Positions 39,557 to 49,786 of a DNA stretch of 64,000 bases are shown here, piece after piece. Source of the stretch: Methanothrix sp. (lineage in GTDB: Archaea > Halobacteriota > Methanosarcinia > Methanotrichales > Methanotrichaceae); NCBI GenBank assembly GCA_963682135.1, contig OY821645.1, positions 960,001-1,024,000 on the forward strand. The letters are read 5' to 3'. The notes under the pieces are model-generated. The model was not told the origin of the DNA. It made no database searches and saw only the letters and a program-made list of their open reading frames with translations. The position numbers and the translations under genes were made by a program. Numbering within the stretch: position 1 is the stretch's first letter; every line of letters starts with the position of its first letter.

Positions 39557-40168
39557 ATGGACTCTCACCAAAATGCCTGGGACCAAGATTACGCCCGCCG
39601 GGGCCGCCTTTGGGGTGGTGGCGTTAAAGATTTGCCCGCCCTTCCCGAGGGCTCGTCTATCCTGGAGCTGGGCTGTGGCGACGGCAAGACGCTCTCGGCG
39701 CTGCCCGGCGACTGGAGTGTGGTCGGCCTGGACGTTTCCTCTCAGGCTCTGCGCCTAGCTCGCCGCGCTCGGGCTGATGCCGGCCTCATCCTGGCCGATG
39801 CCGGTTGCCTGCCCCTACGGGAGTGCTGCTTTGATGCAGTCTTCGCCTTTCATGTCTGCGGACATTTGCTTGCCGCTGACCGGCGCGCTCTCGCTTTCGA
39901 GGCTGCGCGCGTGCTTTCTCCTGGAGGGCAGCTCTTCTTTCGCGATTTTTGCGATCAGGATATGCGAGCCGGACAGGGCAGCGAGGTGGAGCCGGGAACG
40001 TTTCAGCGTGGCAGCGGCATTCTCACCCACTACTTCACAGAAAAAGAGGTGAAGGAGCTATTCTGCCGACTTCAGCCCCTCTCCACCGGCACTCACTGCT
40101 GGAAGATGCGCATAAAAGGAGAGGATCATCTGCGCGCCGAGGTGCAGGCGGTCTTTCTCAAGATCTGA
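39557..40168 (+). CDS. Class I SAM-dependent methyltransferase
   Basis: ILELGCGDGK, GLDVS, RVLSPGG. Confidence 0.88.
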   Translation: MDSHQNAWDQDYARRGRLWGGGVKDLPALPEGSSILELGCGDGKTLSALPGDWSVVGLDVSSQALRLARRARADAGLILADAGCLPLRECCFDAVFAFHVCGHLLAADRRALAFEAARVLSPGGQLFFRDFCDQDMRAGQGSEVEPGTFQRGSGILTHYFTEKEVKELFCRLQPLSTGTHCWKMRIKGEDHLRAEVQAVFLKI

Positions 40169-40628
40169 TGTCGGGGAACGAGAATCGTCCGGGCACGAAG
40201 TTGGTGGCGTCCGCTTCCTGGAGCTCCACCTCCTGAATGGTGTAGTCTGTATCATCGGTCTCGAAGACCATAGGAGGGAAGAGAACATGATTGTACACTG
40301 TTTCAAAATCCCCCGCGCTGGAATTCCAGCCGCTGCCAATGGTGAAATAGAGGCTATACTCCCCATCTTTTATGCCGTCAACCTCCAGGGCATCTTTAGT
40401 CCGCAGATAAACTGCAACCTTGGGCTTGTCCCACCTATCGGTAAGCACGGCTACGGTGTCCATGGTCCAGTTGTTGTAGATGACCAGCAATCCGTCCCCG
40501 CTGCGAATTGTATCGCGGATGATGGTGCCGGTCTCGGGGCGGGCGGCAGACTGGGCCGGGGTGATAGTTATACTAGATAATAGCATAAGAATTATGAGAC
40601 ACAGAATCTTTTTGCGCATAAGATCCAT
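40158..40628 (-). CDS. Secreted hypothetical protein
   Basis: Signal peptide; RPETG...GIKDGEYSLYFTIG-GW beta-sandwich-like pattern. Confidence 0.7.
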   Translation of the reverse strand: MDLMRKKILCLIILMLLSSITITPAQSAARPETGTIIRDTIRSGDGLLVIYNNWTMDTVAVLTDRWDKPKVAVYLRTKDALEVDGIKDGEYSLYFTIGSGWNSSAGDFETVYNHVLFPPMVFETDDTDYTIQEVELQEADATNFVPGRFSFPDIRS

Positions 40629-41116
40629 TCCTCTGTCGTTGATACTACTTCCTGGTATTTATATTTTTGATCACACCCTTTGATAATCTGGCGTCAGCCC
40701 ACCTGCCTGCTCAACTGGCCTAGACTGTGACGTAAGGGACGCCCGGATCGACGTGAGGGGCCGTCAGAGTGGCTGGTTTGATGGGTTGGACGACGTGAGC
40801 GACATTTGGCGCCAAAAAGAGGACGCCAAGCTGCTCTAAATGCATTTCTCGACCAACCACCACCTCTGCGGTCCGCCGACGACAACCGCCGTTTCCTGCT
40901 CGTCTGTGGTCCCTGTCAGACTGGATATGAGAAGCGACGCTCTGCCACCATGTTGAAGGGACTCGGCCAGATCTACGATGAAATCGGTCAATGGTCCGCC
41001 GACCGCTCTTCCCTCGTTCAAGACATTGTCCATCTTTAGAGACTATTCAAAAAATAAGTAAATTCAACGAAAGATTTATATTTGATTGAAATATAACGAA
41101 TAACCGGTGAAGTTCT

Positions 41117-42562
41117 ATGCGGTTTGCACTTGCCGTCATGATAATCTTAATTCTTTTTGGCACCACTTATGCTTTAAAATTTGATGAGAATATTCGTATT
41201 TATGGCAAAGGTGAGATGTTTGCATATACAAAATCCGACGAAATGGGCGATTCATTAGGCGGAATAGGAAATCAGAATTATACGAGAAATCTCTCCTCAG
41301 AAGAAGGTAATGCTAAATTAATATCAGATTATGATTACACAAAAGATCGTGACCGAGAACTAAATAATTCCAATAATTTGGTTAAGTCGAATCGTTCTAA
41401 TATGTATCGAGCGTTTTTGAATAGTGAGGGGGGTCTAAGGCATTCTATCGTAGTATATTCTAATATTAGTATCGAATCGAAGAGTAAGATAGAGCGTTCT
41501 GGAGATGATGCGTCGACTGATTATTCGATAACATCAAATGACGGCAATCTATCGGAGTCCGTAACAGATTTAAGAAGCGGACGTGTGGTCAGTCTTATTG
41601 GAACCCAAATCTCTGGAACATTCGGACTTAATTCTTCGTTGAATGACAAGGTAGAGATTGAAAGAGAATATCTAACCGCAGCGGATCTACTTGCACGAAT
41701 GGAACGAGTCGAATTGACTGGTGAGAAACCACCTGCAAGAGAGATTGAGCTTTCAGGAAATGACCCTGTGTTGGTTATGGGCAAAAAGAAAACGCCCGAG
41801 GATGCGGCATTTATATTAAACGAGCATGGCATAAGCCTTTATAGCGCTGGAGATTACGAAAACGCTATCAAGGCATACAATGATGCTCTCGACTTGGCTC
41901 CGAAAGTACATATTTGGATAAATAAGGCCGAAGCACATAGTAAATTAGGAAGCAAATTAGAGGAATCTGGTAATGAGAGGATGGCTATTAGGCAATATGA
42001 AGAAGCCAATAAGGCTTTCGACGAGGCGATAAAACTCAATCCAGACGATTTGCCGGACGTATTAAATCGAAAATCAATAAATCTAATTAGACTTAAAAAG
42101 TTCGCAGAATCCATTAGGACAAGTGATAAAATCATTCAAATGGACAGTGAGAATAAAAATGCATTTTATCTTAAAGGTCTAGCTCTACTTGGATTAGGAA
42201 AGCAAAAAGATGCGTTGGAAGCCTTTGATGTTGCTATTGAATTGGATCAGGACTTTGATCAAGCATTGTATCAAAAAGGAAAATTGCTGTATATCGAAGG
42301 CAATTACTCAATGGCAAAAGAGGTCTTTAATGTCTATATAGATACAAATCCAGATGATGCAGATGCCTGGAATTTCTTAGGCAAATCGAATCAAAAATTA
42401 AGGCTTTACAATGATTCGGAGGTGGCATATGAAAAAGCTGTAGAAAGAAATCCAGAACTTGCAGATGCATGGTATGCCTTAATAGAAGTCTATGAGATAT
42501 TAGGCAAAAAAGATAAAGCAGATGCAGCCAAAGAAAAAGTGAAGATGATAGGGATAAGGTAA
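41117..42562 (+). CDS. Secreted TPR-repeat protein (AT-rich)
   Basis: Signal peptide, beta-rich N-domain, multiple TPRs (AFDEAIKLNP, DADAWNFLG). Confidence 0.85.
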   Translation: MRFALAVMIILILFGTTYALKFDENIRIYGKGEMFAYTKSDEMGDSLGGIGNQNYTRNLSSEEGNAKLISDYDYTKDRDRELNNSNNLVKSNRSNMYRAFLNSEGGLRHSIVVYSNISIESKSKIERSGDDASTDYSITSNDGNLSESVTDLRSGRVVSLIGTQISGTFGLNSSLNDKVEIEREYLTAADLLARMERVELTGEKPPAREIELSGNDPVLVMGKKKTPEDAAFILNEHGISLYSAGDYENAIKAYNDALDLAPKVHIWINKAEAHSKLGSKLEESGNERMAIRQYEEANKAFDEAIKLNPDDLPDVLNRKSINLIRLKKFAESIRTSDKIIQMDSENKNAFYLKGLALLGLGKQKDALEAFDVAIELDQDFDQALYQKGKLLYIEGNYSMAKEVFNVYIDTNPDDADAWNFLGKSNQKLRLYNDSEVAYEKAVERNPELADAWYALIEVYEILGKKDKADAAKEKVKMIGIR

Positions 42563-42662
42563 GAATATATAAAAATCTATATTTTTTAATATAGATTTGA
42601 ATAGTAATATAACCTTACTCAAGAATTGAAACATATAATGAGAACATAAGGAGAGATAAGTC

Positions 42663-43100
42663 ATGACATGGATCGATGCATATTTTGATTGTGTGGAATG
42701 CGAGGAAAGAAATATGGTCCAAATTGACGACAGCACGGTAGCAAAAAATAAGAAGCTAATTATGTGTTGTTGTAAATGTGGAATCGTGAATATTCCACAA
42801 AGAATCGAAAAGAAAGATGGAAAAAATTGGCTGCCATGCATGGGCCCTGAGGGCGAAATTGCAGATGACGTCGTAGGGTATAAGAAAGAAGCAGGAGTCA
42901 CTCGCTGGAGAGATGTAAATCAAAAATGGCTGAGTAGGACAAAGTTTGCTGAGTTGCATAATAGAGACCCTTGGACTCTGTTTTGCAGCAAAGAAATAAA
43001 CCAGGACAAAGAGATATGTCAAGGATTCAAAGGTAGGTGCAACGGGAAGGTAAAATACGATTGGCGAATTGTAGATATCGAATTGCCTAATCCCAAATAA
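42663..43100 (+). CDS. Cys-rich hypothetical protein (AT-rich)
   Basis: CVEC...CCCKC zinc-ribbon-like N-terminus; SD GGAG. Confidence 0.65.
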   Translation: MTWIDAYFDCVECEERNMVQIDDSTVAKNKKLIMCCCKCGIVNIPQRIEKKDGKNWLPCMGPEGEIADDVVGYKKEAGVTRWRDVNQKWLSRTKFAELHNRDPWTLFCSKEINQDKEICQGFKGRCNGKVKYDWRIVDIELPNPK

Positions 43101-43308
43101 ATCTCTAGATTGCTTAATCGGAATTAGAGTTCATAGTTCAAATGGCTTATATTGAAAGATGCCTCAGCCTACCGGAAATTGCTTAGTAGCCATTTGCCAA
43201 CTGATATTAATATTTTTGAAAAATATTTAGACATGTTAGGAGTTTTTTTAATCATAATAGACGACGGAGTCTAGGTTTAATTTTAATGAACTATTGAGAA
43301 AAAAATGA

Positions 43309-43605
43309 TTACCCAAACATCGCCCCCATGCCCGCCTCTGCCGCCTCAGCCTCGTCCCGGAAGGCCTTGAGCAGCACCTCAGCCTCCTCGCCCTTCAGCT
43401 CCTTAGCCGCAGTCTCGGCGAGCAGCTTCTGGGCTTCCTGGACCAGCTCATCTTTGGCTTTGATGTAGAGGCACATGCCCTCTTTTTCCAGCCCCATGGC
43501 CTTGCACTCGCGCACAGTGGGCCCCAGTCGCTTCCAGAACTCCTCATCCAGCATCTTGTTCATGTCTTTGCTGCTTTCCATCGCATAAGCGTAAACTAAT
43601 TCCAT
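43309..43605 (-). CDS. Hypothetical 98-aa protein with stalk-like C-terminus
   Basis: SD GGAG, ATG at 43605; ends EAEAAEAGMGAMFG. Confidence 0.8.
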   Translation of the reverse strand: MELVYAYAMESSKDMNKMLDEEFWKRLGPTVRECKAMGLEKEGMCLYIKAKDELVQEAQKLLAETAAKELKGEEAEVLLKAFRDEAEAAEAGMGAMFG

Positions 43606-43616
43606 TGCCAAAACTC

Positions 43617-43838
43617 CTAAAGATCTTTCATTGCTTTCTTGAGCATCTCTGTGCACTGGTCCATGAGGGCCGCGGCCTGGCTTATATCCTGGGCCGCTGG
43701 CTCGCTCACCCTGGCGACCTGGGCCGCCCTCTCCCGAAAAGAGGCACTGTGGCTCTCGTTATGCTCGATCCAGTGATGCAGGAGGTGCTCTGCCTCGTGC
43801 CTGGTTAATTCATGCCCTTTTAGATCATGGCTATGCAT
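43617..43838 (-). CDS. Small His-rich helical protein (putative metal-binding)
   Basis: MHSHD...HLLHHWIEHNESH; tight spacing within the operon. Confidence 0.7.
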   Translation of the reverse strand: MHSHDLKGHELTRHEAEHLLHHWIEHNESHSASFRERAAQVARVSEPAAQDISQAAALMDQCTEMLKKAMKDL

Positions 43839-43850
43839 AATGAATGTCCC

Positions 43851-44840
43851 CTAATAGTGTCTTCTGACCATGTAATCAGCCAACTCCAGCAGCGTTGCCT
43901 TCGCCTTCGAGTCCGGCAATATTTGCAGGGCCTTCTTGCCCCGCGCCACCATCTCCTCTGCCCGGGACCTGGCGTACTCTATCGATCCGCTCTTCTCCAA
44001 AAGGGAGATGGCCTCTTGAATCTGCTCCGGCGTGGCATCCTTCTTGCCGAAGACCGGCACAGGAACATTATGGGCAAAGGCGTGAATCATAATCAATGTC
44101 TTCTTGGCCTCAATCAGGTCTCCCCCCTGCCGCTTTCCTGAGACCTTCTCGGGAGTGATGAGATCGATCACATCATCTTGCAGTTGAAAGCCCATGCCGG
44201 TAAGCCTGCCGAATTCGTCCAGCGCAGCGACCTCCTGTGGCGCGGCTCCTGCTAAGAGCGCCCCCATGCCGGCTGAGGCTCCGTAGAGGACACCTGTCTT
44301 TTTCTCAATCATCTCCATGTACTCATCTTCAGAGACGCGCTCTTTTGCCTCAAACTCCATATCCAGCCACTGGCCTTCGCAGATGGCAGTGCAGGTACGA
44401 GAGAGCATATTCATGGCCCCCAAAATGAGGTCTGATCGGGCTTTCGTCATGCCCAGCACCTGAAAAGCCTTGGAGTAGAGCGTATCTCCGGCGAGGATGG
44501 CTCCTGACTGGCCCCAGATTTTATGCACGGCGGGACGCCCGCGTCTCACATCGGCATTGTCCATGATGTCGTCATGAATGAGCGTGAAGTTATGAATCAA
44601 CTCAATGGATACCGCTGCCGAGGCGAGCGCTGTCGCATCGCCGCCCGCGGCTTCACCCGCCAGCAGCAACATGGATGGACGCAACCTCTTTCCCCCTGCA
44701 TCCACCAGATGCCGGCCGGCTTCGTAGAGAGGACGCGGATGCACTATCGGTAAGAGTTCCTCGATGGCTCCCGTCACCAGATCTGCTCGCATCTGCAACT
44801 CCCGGTCAAGCTCTCCTGCAATCGTCTTCGTCATTCTCAC
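43851..44840 (-). CDS. idsA: Geranylgeranyl diphosphate synthase
   Basis: GGKRLRP, FTLIHDDIMD...RRG, GQWLD, KKTG, FQLQDD. Confidence 0.95.
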   Translation of the reverse strand: MRMTKTIAGELDRELQMRADLVTGAIEELLPIVHPRPLYEAGRHLVDAGGKRLRPSMLLLAGEAAGGDATALASAAVSIELIHNFTLIHDDIMDNADVRRGRPAVHKIWGQSGAILAGDTLYSKAFQVLGMTKARSDLILGAMNMLSRTCTAICEGQWLDMEFEAKERVSEDEYMEMIEKKTGVLYGASAGMGALLAGAAPQEVAALDEFGRLTGMGFQLQDDVIDLITPEKVSGKRQGGDLIEAKKTLIMIHAFAHNVPVPVFGKKDATPEQIQEAISLLEKSGSIEYARSRAEEMVARGKKALQILPDSKAKATLLELADYMVRRHY

Positions 44841-44857
44841 TCTACTCCTTGATTTGC

Positions 44858-46195
44858 CTAATCGATTACAAGCTCCTGGCCGTTTCTTACCAGATGGAAA
44901 TTGGACCCCAGTGAGTATCCCGTCTCCTCTGCCATCATGAGATAGCTGCTGTGACTGACCAGATTTCCGTGGCTGGGTATGACATGCTCAGGCTGTATCA
45001 TGCGCAGAAGCTCCCAGTGATCTTCCCGGCAAGCATGCCCGGAGACATGCACATTGTCGTAAATCCTGCCCCCGCGCATCTTGAGCTTGGTGACAACTGT
45101 GTGCCGGTTGGACTCATTGAGCGGCTGAGGTATGATTCCTGCGGAGAAGATGACCTTATCCCCGGATTCCACATTATAATCGGTCTCGCCATTAGCCACC
45201 CGACTCAGGATGGCTCCCGGCTCACCCTGGTGACCGGTCATAATGGGCAGATACTTGTCTTTGCCTTCAGTCATGATCCTCTTCAGGGCTTTGTCCACAG
45301 ATTTGCGCCTACCAAAGACGGTCACATCTCCCTGACCGGCATAGCCAGTTCTCATAGCCGTGCCCCAATACTTCTCCATGGAGCGGCCCAAAAGAACGGG
45401 CTTTCGTCCCATCTTGTGAGCCGCTTCGATGATGGCCCTGATGCGAGCAATGTGCGAAGAGAATGTGGTGACCATAATACCGGACTTCGACTCTTCTGTG
45501 CCGAGGAGCACATCCCAGACCAGATCCTTGGCAATCTTCTCGGAGGGCGTCTTTCCGGAGATGGAGGCATTGGTGGTCTCGGTAATGAGTGCCAGCACAC
45601 CCTGCTTTCCTAAGGCTCTTAACCGAGCGAAGTCTGGAGGCTCGCCTAAAGTCGGAGACCGATCTATCTTGAAATCGTTTGCGTAAATTATGATGCCTTT
45701 GGGTGTATGAATTGCCGCAAAGACGCAGTCTACAATGCTATGCTGCACACGGATGAACTCGAGCTCAATGTCCTGTGTAACTGGAAACCGTTCCCCCGCT
45801 TTCATTACATGCAGGGGATTTTTTACTCCGAAGATCTTCTCGGACTTGATCTCCTGATTAATGAGGTCTGCTGTGAACGGCGAGGCGATGATGGGGGCAT
45901 GATACTTGTGGGCCAGCTTGGAGATGGCTCCAATATGATCCAGGTGACCATGTGTGCAGGCGATAGCCCTTACCGTTCCGTCAACGTTTTCCATGATGCT
46001 GTCGTCGGGAATGGCCCCCATGTTGATCAGGTCGGCTGCATGCAGCGATTCCACATCTGTGTCCTCGTGAATCTGCACTCTATCCAGCCGGATCCCCATA
46101 TCCATTACCACGATATCTTTTCCGATCCGCAGCGCCGTCATATTGCGGCCAATTTCATTATAGCCGCCCACAGCGATTATTGAAATATCCTTCAT
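44858..46195 (-). CDS. rnj: Ribonuclease J (beta-CASP)
   Basis: GGYNEIGRNMT, THGHLDHIG, QHSI, FSSHIAR, HVSGHA, PSHG. Confidence 0.95.
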   Translation of the reverse strand: MKDISIIAVGGYNEIGRNMTALRIGKDIVVMDMGIRLDRVQIHEDTDVESLHAADLINMGAIPDDSIMENVDGTVRAIACTHGHLDHIGAISKLAHKYHAPIIASPFTADLINQEIKSEKIFGVKNPLHVMKAGERFPVTQDIELEFIRVQHSIVDCVFAAIHTPKGIIIYANDFKIDRSPTLGEPPDFARLRALGKQGVLALITETTNASISGKTPSEKIAKDLVWDVLLGTEESKSGIMVTTFSSHIARIRAIIEAAHKMGRKPVLLGRSMEKYWGTAMRTGYAGQGDVTVFGRRKSVDKALKRIMTEGKDKYLPIMTGHQGEPGAILSRVANGETDYNVESGDKVIFSAGIIPQPLNESNRHTVVTKLKMRGGRIYDNVHVSGHACREDHWELLRMIQPEHVIPSHGNLVSHSSYLMMAEETGYSLGSNFHLVRNGQELVID

Positions 46196-47280
46196 TTTGC
46201 CAACTCTCTATAAACAGAAAATGCTCTCAAATCGAAACCCCGTGCATCCAGCCACTCCCTGGTCCTTCCTAGAACCACGAGAGGAACTCTTGCAAGCTGC
46301 TTTACTTCTTGGCAGCCGGTGAGAAACATTGTGATCCTCAGCGCACGGATATAAGCATTCATGACCCTAACAACTGCTTCTTTGTCTTTAGTGGCCGGCC
46401 TTAACAAGGGAAGGGCCGTGCCCGCCAGGCTGGCGCCCAGAGCCAGGCTCTTGGCTGCATCCAGTCCGCTTCGCACTCCTCCCGAGGAGATAACAAAGGC
46501 CCCAGCCGCTTTGCACTCTACAATGCTTACGGGTGTTGGGATTCCCCAATTCTCAAATAGCCTTCCCATAAGCTCCAGCTCATCGTCCTCGACCTCTGCA
46601 GCACGAAAAGACTCAACGCTGGCCCAGGAGAGGCCCCCCACGCCCGAGACGTCAATCATCTTCACTCCCGCCGATACCAGATCCAAAGCCACCTCTCGTG
46701 ATATGCCTGCACCGGTCTCCTTGACCATGATCGGTATCGATCCTCTGGCTGCTGATTTCAAGATCTCCAGCACTCCACCGGCATCTTTGTCTCCCTCCGG
46801 CTGAATGCTCTCCTGCAGGAAGTTAAGATGAACTGCAATGGCGTTTGCATCTATCATCTCAGCCAGTCGATCCAAGATCTCCGGTCCGCTTCTTTTCAGT
46901 TGCACGGCTCCGATGTTGCCGATGATGGGAATATCCGGCGCCGCATCCCTGACCGCAGAGAAGGTGTCCTCAAGACTTCGATCTTCTATGGCCGCTCTTT
47001 GTGAGCCCACTCCTAAAGCAATACCAAGCTGCGAAGCCGCTTGCGCCAGGCGAACATTGATCTGCTTAACCTCTGGATGGCCCCCTGTCATGGCACTGAT
47101 CATAAAAGGTGCCTTCAACTTCTTCCCGAGGAATACGCAGGAGGTATCGATATCCGCCTCGTCGATCTCCGGCAGAGCCTTATGCAGCAGCACCAGATCC
47201 TGGAATGGCAACTCTCTCGCATCCACCGGCTTTTCCATACAGATTCGGATGTGGTCGAGCTTGCGGCTGGATGTAGTCAA
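46192..47280 (-). CDS. fni: Type 2 isopentenyl-diphosphate isomerase
   Basis: RKLDH, SAMTGG, GSQR, HLNFLQE-IQPEGD, KETG, SGGVR. Confidence 0.96.
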   Translation of the reverse strand: MTTSSRKLDHIRICMEKPVDARELPFQDLVLLHKALPEIDEADIDTSCVFLGKKLKAPFMISAMTGGHPEVKQINVRLAQAASQLGIALGVGSQRAAIEDRSLEDTFSAVRDAAPDIPIIGNIGAVQLKRSGPEILDRLAEMIDANAIAVHLNFLQESIQPEGDKDAGGVLEILKSAARGSIPIMVKETGAGISREVALDLVSAGVKMIDVSGVGGLSWASVESFRAAEVEDDELELMGRLFENWGIPTPVSIVECKAAGAFVISSGGVRSGLDAAKSLALGASLAGTALPLLRPATKDKEAVVRVMNAYIRALRITMFLTGCQEVKQLARVPLVVLGRTREWLDARGFDLRAFSVYRELAK

Positions 47281-48029
47281 TTTCCCCCTCCTATCCTGGT
47301 TCCTACATATTCGCCTTTTAAGGCCCGGGCAATATTTCCTTTTATGCCAGCATTAAATATCAGGGATTCGATTCCCAAATCGGCCAGATCCAGAAGTTCC
47401 AGCAGCTTTCCTCTCATGCCGCCGGTAACATCTACTCCTTCACTGCCTCCAATGGCGCTCTCTACTCGCGAAAGATCTTTTCTTGTAATCCGGGTGAGAG
47501 GCCTGCCGGAAAATAGGACCCCGTCAACATTGCTTCCTATGGCTACTACATCGGCTTGCAGAGACTTGGCGATATAGGAGACCAATTGATCACCGGATAC
47601 TATTGCGGCCTTTCCGGTAGCGTCCATTGCCACGTCACCATGTAGCACCGGCATGATGCCGTTCTTTAGCATCTCTTCTATGGGCTCCATAAAGAAGCTG
47701 TCTATTCTGCCGCCCCGAAGGTGAAGGCAAGAGAGAGGATGAACCGGCAGACAGTCGACACCAGCCAAGCTGAGTGCCTCAACGACCATTTCGCAGAGCT
47801 GGGCCACACTGCTATGAGTTACTCTCAATCCCAGCCGATTAAATTCATGGGGCAGACCATATTTTTTTGCAGGAATGTGTCCAAAAGAGCCTGCTCCGTG
47901 CACGAGCACCACGTCATCCGGATGAATAGCAATCTCTTTTGCCACGCGCGTGATCTCGCCTTGCCGCGGCGCAAGCTCCCTACTCTTGTCGGTCAAAATG
48001 CTTCCCCCGATCTTCAGAACACGGGTCAT
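47277..48029 (-). CDS. ipk: Isopentenyl phosphate kinase
   Basis: KIGGSILTDK, HGAGSFGH, PVLHGD, SGD, DVTGGM. Confidence 0.93.
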   Translation of the reverse strand: MTRVLKIGGSILTDKSRELAPRQGEITRVAKEIAIHPDDVVLVHGAGSFGHIPAKKYGLPHEFNRLGLRVTHSSVAQLCEMVVEALSLAGVDCLPVHPLSCLHLRGGRIDSFFMEPIEEMLKNGIMPVLHGDVAMDATGKAAIVSGDQLVSYIAKSLQADVVAIGSNVDGVLFSGRPLTRITRKDLSRVESAIGGSEGVDVTGGMRGKLLELLDLADLGIESLIFNAGIKGNIARALKGEYVGTRIGGGN

Positions 48030-48982
48030 AAGTCGCCCTCCAGTCGCACACCCTCACAGCCCGTCAGAACCTTAAATGGAACACCTCTCGCCTGTCTTAA
48101 GGCCACCATGAGGGGCTCAACACCTGCGGCCCCGGGTAGGGAAATCATGCATCCTCCGCCTCCGGCTCCGGTGAGTTTGGCGCCCAGCGCCCCACCAGCA
48201 CCGTTTGCCGCATAAACCAGTTCCTCCAGCTCTCGGGAGCTGACGCCTAAGGACGCTAGCAGGCCATGGTTGATGTTCATCAGCTGGCCCAGTTCTGCTA
48301 TATTTTGCTCTCTGATGAGTGAGACGGCACGCTGTGATATGGCCCCAATGGCTAGAAATATGGGACCGACCAGGTCAGAGTAGCGTTTCTTCAGGTCTTG
48401 CACCTTCTCTACCTCCGATCTTGTATCGTGAGGTATTTTTGTGTACCCTACTACAATTTTCAGCGGCGGAAGATCAAGTGGCCGAATATCCTGGGAAATC
48501 TGCAAGTAGCCCCCATAGGTTGCCAGTGCGGTGTCCATGGGGCTGCCCAGTCCCTGTTGAACCTTCTTTTCCAGCCGGTAGGATGTTTCTGCGATCTCCT
48601 TTCGGGATAAGCAGTGGCCCTGGTGACGGCTTACGGCGGCAACTGCTGCCACCACGATCGAGGCCGATGATCCCAATCCGGCAGCAGCCGGCAGGCTCGA
48701 TTCAATGCTTATCTGCATATCTTTGACATCGAACTCTCTTAGCACGGCGGAGATATATCTTGTAGCATGTGCTGCCTGGGCGGACTTAAGCCGACCGGTT
48801 GTTAGATCGAAGGAGAATCCCTGTAAAGTGAGATCTTCCGTCTTTATCAGAACGCTGCCGGGCAGGTCTTGCACGCTAACTCTTGCTCGCAGATCTATGG
48901 CACTACCAAGAGCTACAGCACCGGAAACGACGGCATGCTCTCCGAAAAGAATTATCTTGCCGGGAGCTGATGCCGTAGTCAA
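48026..48982 (-). CDS. mvk: Mevalonate kinase
   Basis: APGKIILFGEHAVV, PAAAGLGSSA, KLTGAGGGGC. Confidence 0.96.
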   Translation of the reverse strand: MTTASAPGKIILFGEHAVVSGAVALGSAIDLRARVSVQDLPGSVLIKTEDLTLQGFSFDLTTGRLKSAQAAHATRYISAVLREFDVKDMQISIESSLPAAAGLGSSASIVVAAVAAVSRHQGHCLSRKEIAETSYRLEKKVQQGLGSPMDTALATYGGYLQISQDIRPLDLPPLKIVVGYTKIPHDTRSEVEKVQDLKKRYSDLVGPIFLAIGAISQRAVSLIREQNIAELGQLMNINHGLLASLGVSSRELEELVYAANGAGGALGAKLTGAGGGGCMISLPGAAGVEPLMVALRQARGVPFKVLTGCEGVRLEGDL

Positions 48983-48994
48983 TAAAGGGCCTCC

Positions 48995-49783
48995 TCAGGA
49001 AAAGGCAACCGCGGCGTACCCAACTACTTGACTGTAGTCGCCGCTCACGTCTCCACTGGTGGCATAGGCAAGCAGCTGACCGGTTTTCGCACCCATGATA
49101 GAAGCGGCGGCAATGGTTGCTGCGATCGGCCCGTAGCCGCACGCGGTGGCTTCGTAGCGATATACTCTATCGTAAAGCTTGGCAGCATCCATATTTAAAA
49201 TGGCTTCCAGTAGCTTTGCGTCCACCTTCCGGGCAGTCTCTTGTGGCTCATAATGGGTGAAGTCACTGCTGGCAATCACTATGCAGCTACGGTTAAGCTT
49301 CAGTGCGGCCCTCGATAGCGCCTGCCCGACCTCTAGCGCTGTTTGTTCATCCTGCAAACCCATACAGATGGGAAGTATCTTGAATCCTTGAAATCTCTTC
49401 TGAAGAAAAGGGATCTGAACCTCAATAGAGTGCTCATGCCGATGAGCCGTCTCATCATAATCGATAATGCTGCCTACAAGCAGGTCTGCCAGCTCCAGAT
49501 CAGGCTCGGCCACACCCAGCGGCGTTCTCCACGAATCACGGGAGAGTGCCACTGGCGAGCCGACGCCGTGATGATTGGGCCCTATGATAACATAGGTTTC
49601 CGCTTTAGGCAGGCGAGAATATACTGCAGCAGCAACTTGCCCCGAATACATATATCCTGCATGCGGGACCACTGCGCCCAGACACGAAATCTCTTTTTCA
49701 GGATGTAACATGCCTTCCAGCTGATGCTCTAGCTCCGCTCCGCTCCCCGGATAGAACTGACCTGCAACAGCCGGAAACCGCAT
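48995..49783 (-). CDS. MEMO1 family protein (AmmeMemoRadiSam protein B)
   Basis: PAVAGQFYP, PHAGYMYSG, EHSIEVQ, SSDFTHY, CGYGP. Confidence 0.93.
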   Translation of the reverse strand: MRFPAVAGQFYPGSGAELEHQLEGMLHPEKEISCLGAVVPHAGYMYSGQVAAAVYSRLPKAETYVIIGPNHHGVGSPVALSRDSWRTPLGVAEPDLELADLLVGSIIDYDETAHRHEHSIEVQIPFLQKRFQGFKILPICMGLQDEQTALEVGQALSRAALKLNRSCIVIASSDFTHYEPQETARKVDAKLLEAILNMDAAKLYDRVYRYEATACGYGPIAATIAAASIMGAKTGQLLAYATSGDVSGDYSQVVGYAAVAFS

Positions 49784-49786
49784 GAA

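Noticed and set aside
40694-41040. Short ORFs next to the AT-rich islet
   Set aside because: No recognisable motif; cannot be called a gene or IS remnant.
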